A stretch of 64,000 nucleotides of DNA from positions 372,001 through 436,000 of the forward strand of contig JAWMAR010000650.1 of the NCBI GenBank assembly GCA_036785375.1, written 5' to 3'. Made by a program: the position numbers and the translations under genes. This DNA comes from Leucoraja ocellata (Eukaryota). Positions 62,731-64,000 of the stretch are shown one piece after another (positions within the stretch are counted from its first letter, which is position 1; every line of letters begins with the position of its first letter). The notes beneath the pieces are model-generated. The model saw only the letters and a list, made by a program, of their open reading frames with translations, was not told the DNA's origin and ran no database searches.

Positions 62731-63899
62731 CGATAAATAATGGAAGCCATTTAAAGATTTTTTTCAAAAGTCTCAAGTAAGTTATCTTCCATTGAGAAAT
62801 AAGAATTCCATGAGAAAAATAAATTATCCCCAGTTAACTAAGAAGGGTAGGGTTTGTATTAAATTAAAAGAGATTGATAGCATTGTCAAACGTGTTATCC
62901 ATAACTTTTAGTTTTTTTCCAAATATTTGCAACTGGTCAATAAATAATAGAAGGGGAGATATGTTATGAGTACATTATCAATATATTAAATACTGTACAA
63001 AAGATTGTATTGAGACCATGGCAAGATATGGGAATAAAATGACTGAACCATTAAACAAATATTATATCTATCTTCACTGCAGACTAAATTCCCAGGGCAG
63101 ATGAGATCTAGATTACTAATGGAAGCAAGAGAGAAGATAGCTGGGGCCGTTAGGGAGATATTACATTGTGTTAGTCACGGGTGAGGTACCAGAAGACTGG
63201 AGGATAGAGAACTAAAGAGCTTTAAACGTTCTGCCAATGATGGGAAACACTGCCTCTGTCACTGACATGGAAAAAGCATGTACTTACCTTTCACTGATGC
63301 TCCCATTGAAAGTGAATGGTGAAGTCTGATCCAACCCTGAGTGATGAGTTTCTGCATGGTAGCAGGGTGGACACCTCACGGTTGTACCAAAGCAAGTCTA
63401 ACCCTTGACATGGCTGAGAAAGCTCTGGTAGCTGCAAAAACACAAATACACTAAATGCTTCTGAATGTCTCAAAGTTATTCTAAAATCATTAAAAAAGCA
63501 AATTAATAATTTTAAAGGCATTAAAAATTATTTTAAAAATGTATATATAAATCTCATAATTAGAATTTTAAACAGTTTAAAACATAAAAATAGGCTAACT
63601 TTATTTAAAATAATAGTTAGTTCCTGTTCCCCTGATATTCAATTCCAATAAGCCTGGAGTTCTTTCGCCAGGTCTATTCTAGCTGAGCTTTCTACAGCAT
63701 AATTGGAGCATACTTTGTGCTCCGATTTGAAGTCAACTGTTGGATTACAATTGGGAAATAGCTTTTTGATTTTTGCATTCAATGTCCCATACTTCCTGAA
63801 GCTGACATGATGAATATGCAGGCTGGTGTGCACAGATTTGCCAGCATTTCCCAGTACATGCCTGATATATCTCAAGTCAAGTTGAATTTATTGTCTAGT

Positions 63900-64000
63900 A
63901 ACAAGGAACCACAGATGCTGGTTTATACCAAAGAAAGACACAAAATGCTGGAGTAACTCAACGGGTCAGGCAGCATCTCTGGAGAACATGGATAGGTGAC
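63900..64000 (-). mobile_element. Penelope-LTR-derived element, cut by window edge
   Basis: agacacaaaatgctggagtaactcaacgggtcaggcagcatctctggaga arm. Confidence 0.75.

Overview
Repeat-dense vertebrate DNA, most likely from a cartilaginous fish (skate or ray). This is inferred from HE1-like V-SINEs with CR1-derived tails and the mix of CR1, Rex1, Penelope, Tx1, RTE and HERO retroposons. I recognise no host protein-coding gene; almost all ORF-track entries are TE fragments or chance ORFs. Main features: (1) a 4.58-kb, apparently very young CsRn1-like Ty3/Gypsy element (37456-42031, minus strand) with identical 214-bp LTRs, a CCAT TSD, a tRNA-Trp PBS and a G GGA AAC -1 frameshift signal; (2) two families of ~120-185-bp non-coding retroposons whose 5' ends fold by eye into HDV-like ribozymes and which end in AAG-repeat tails; (3) fold-back Penelope-LTR mini-elements carrying hammerhead-core motifs, with recurrent ~14-bp TSDs; (4) a 1.05-kb non-coding TRIM-like LTR element, hAT and PIF/Harbinger-like MITEs, and heavy nesting; (5) several exon-like segments closed in all frames (possible lncRNA); (6) one assembly gap. 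All alignments and folds were done by eye; no searches were run.
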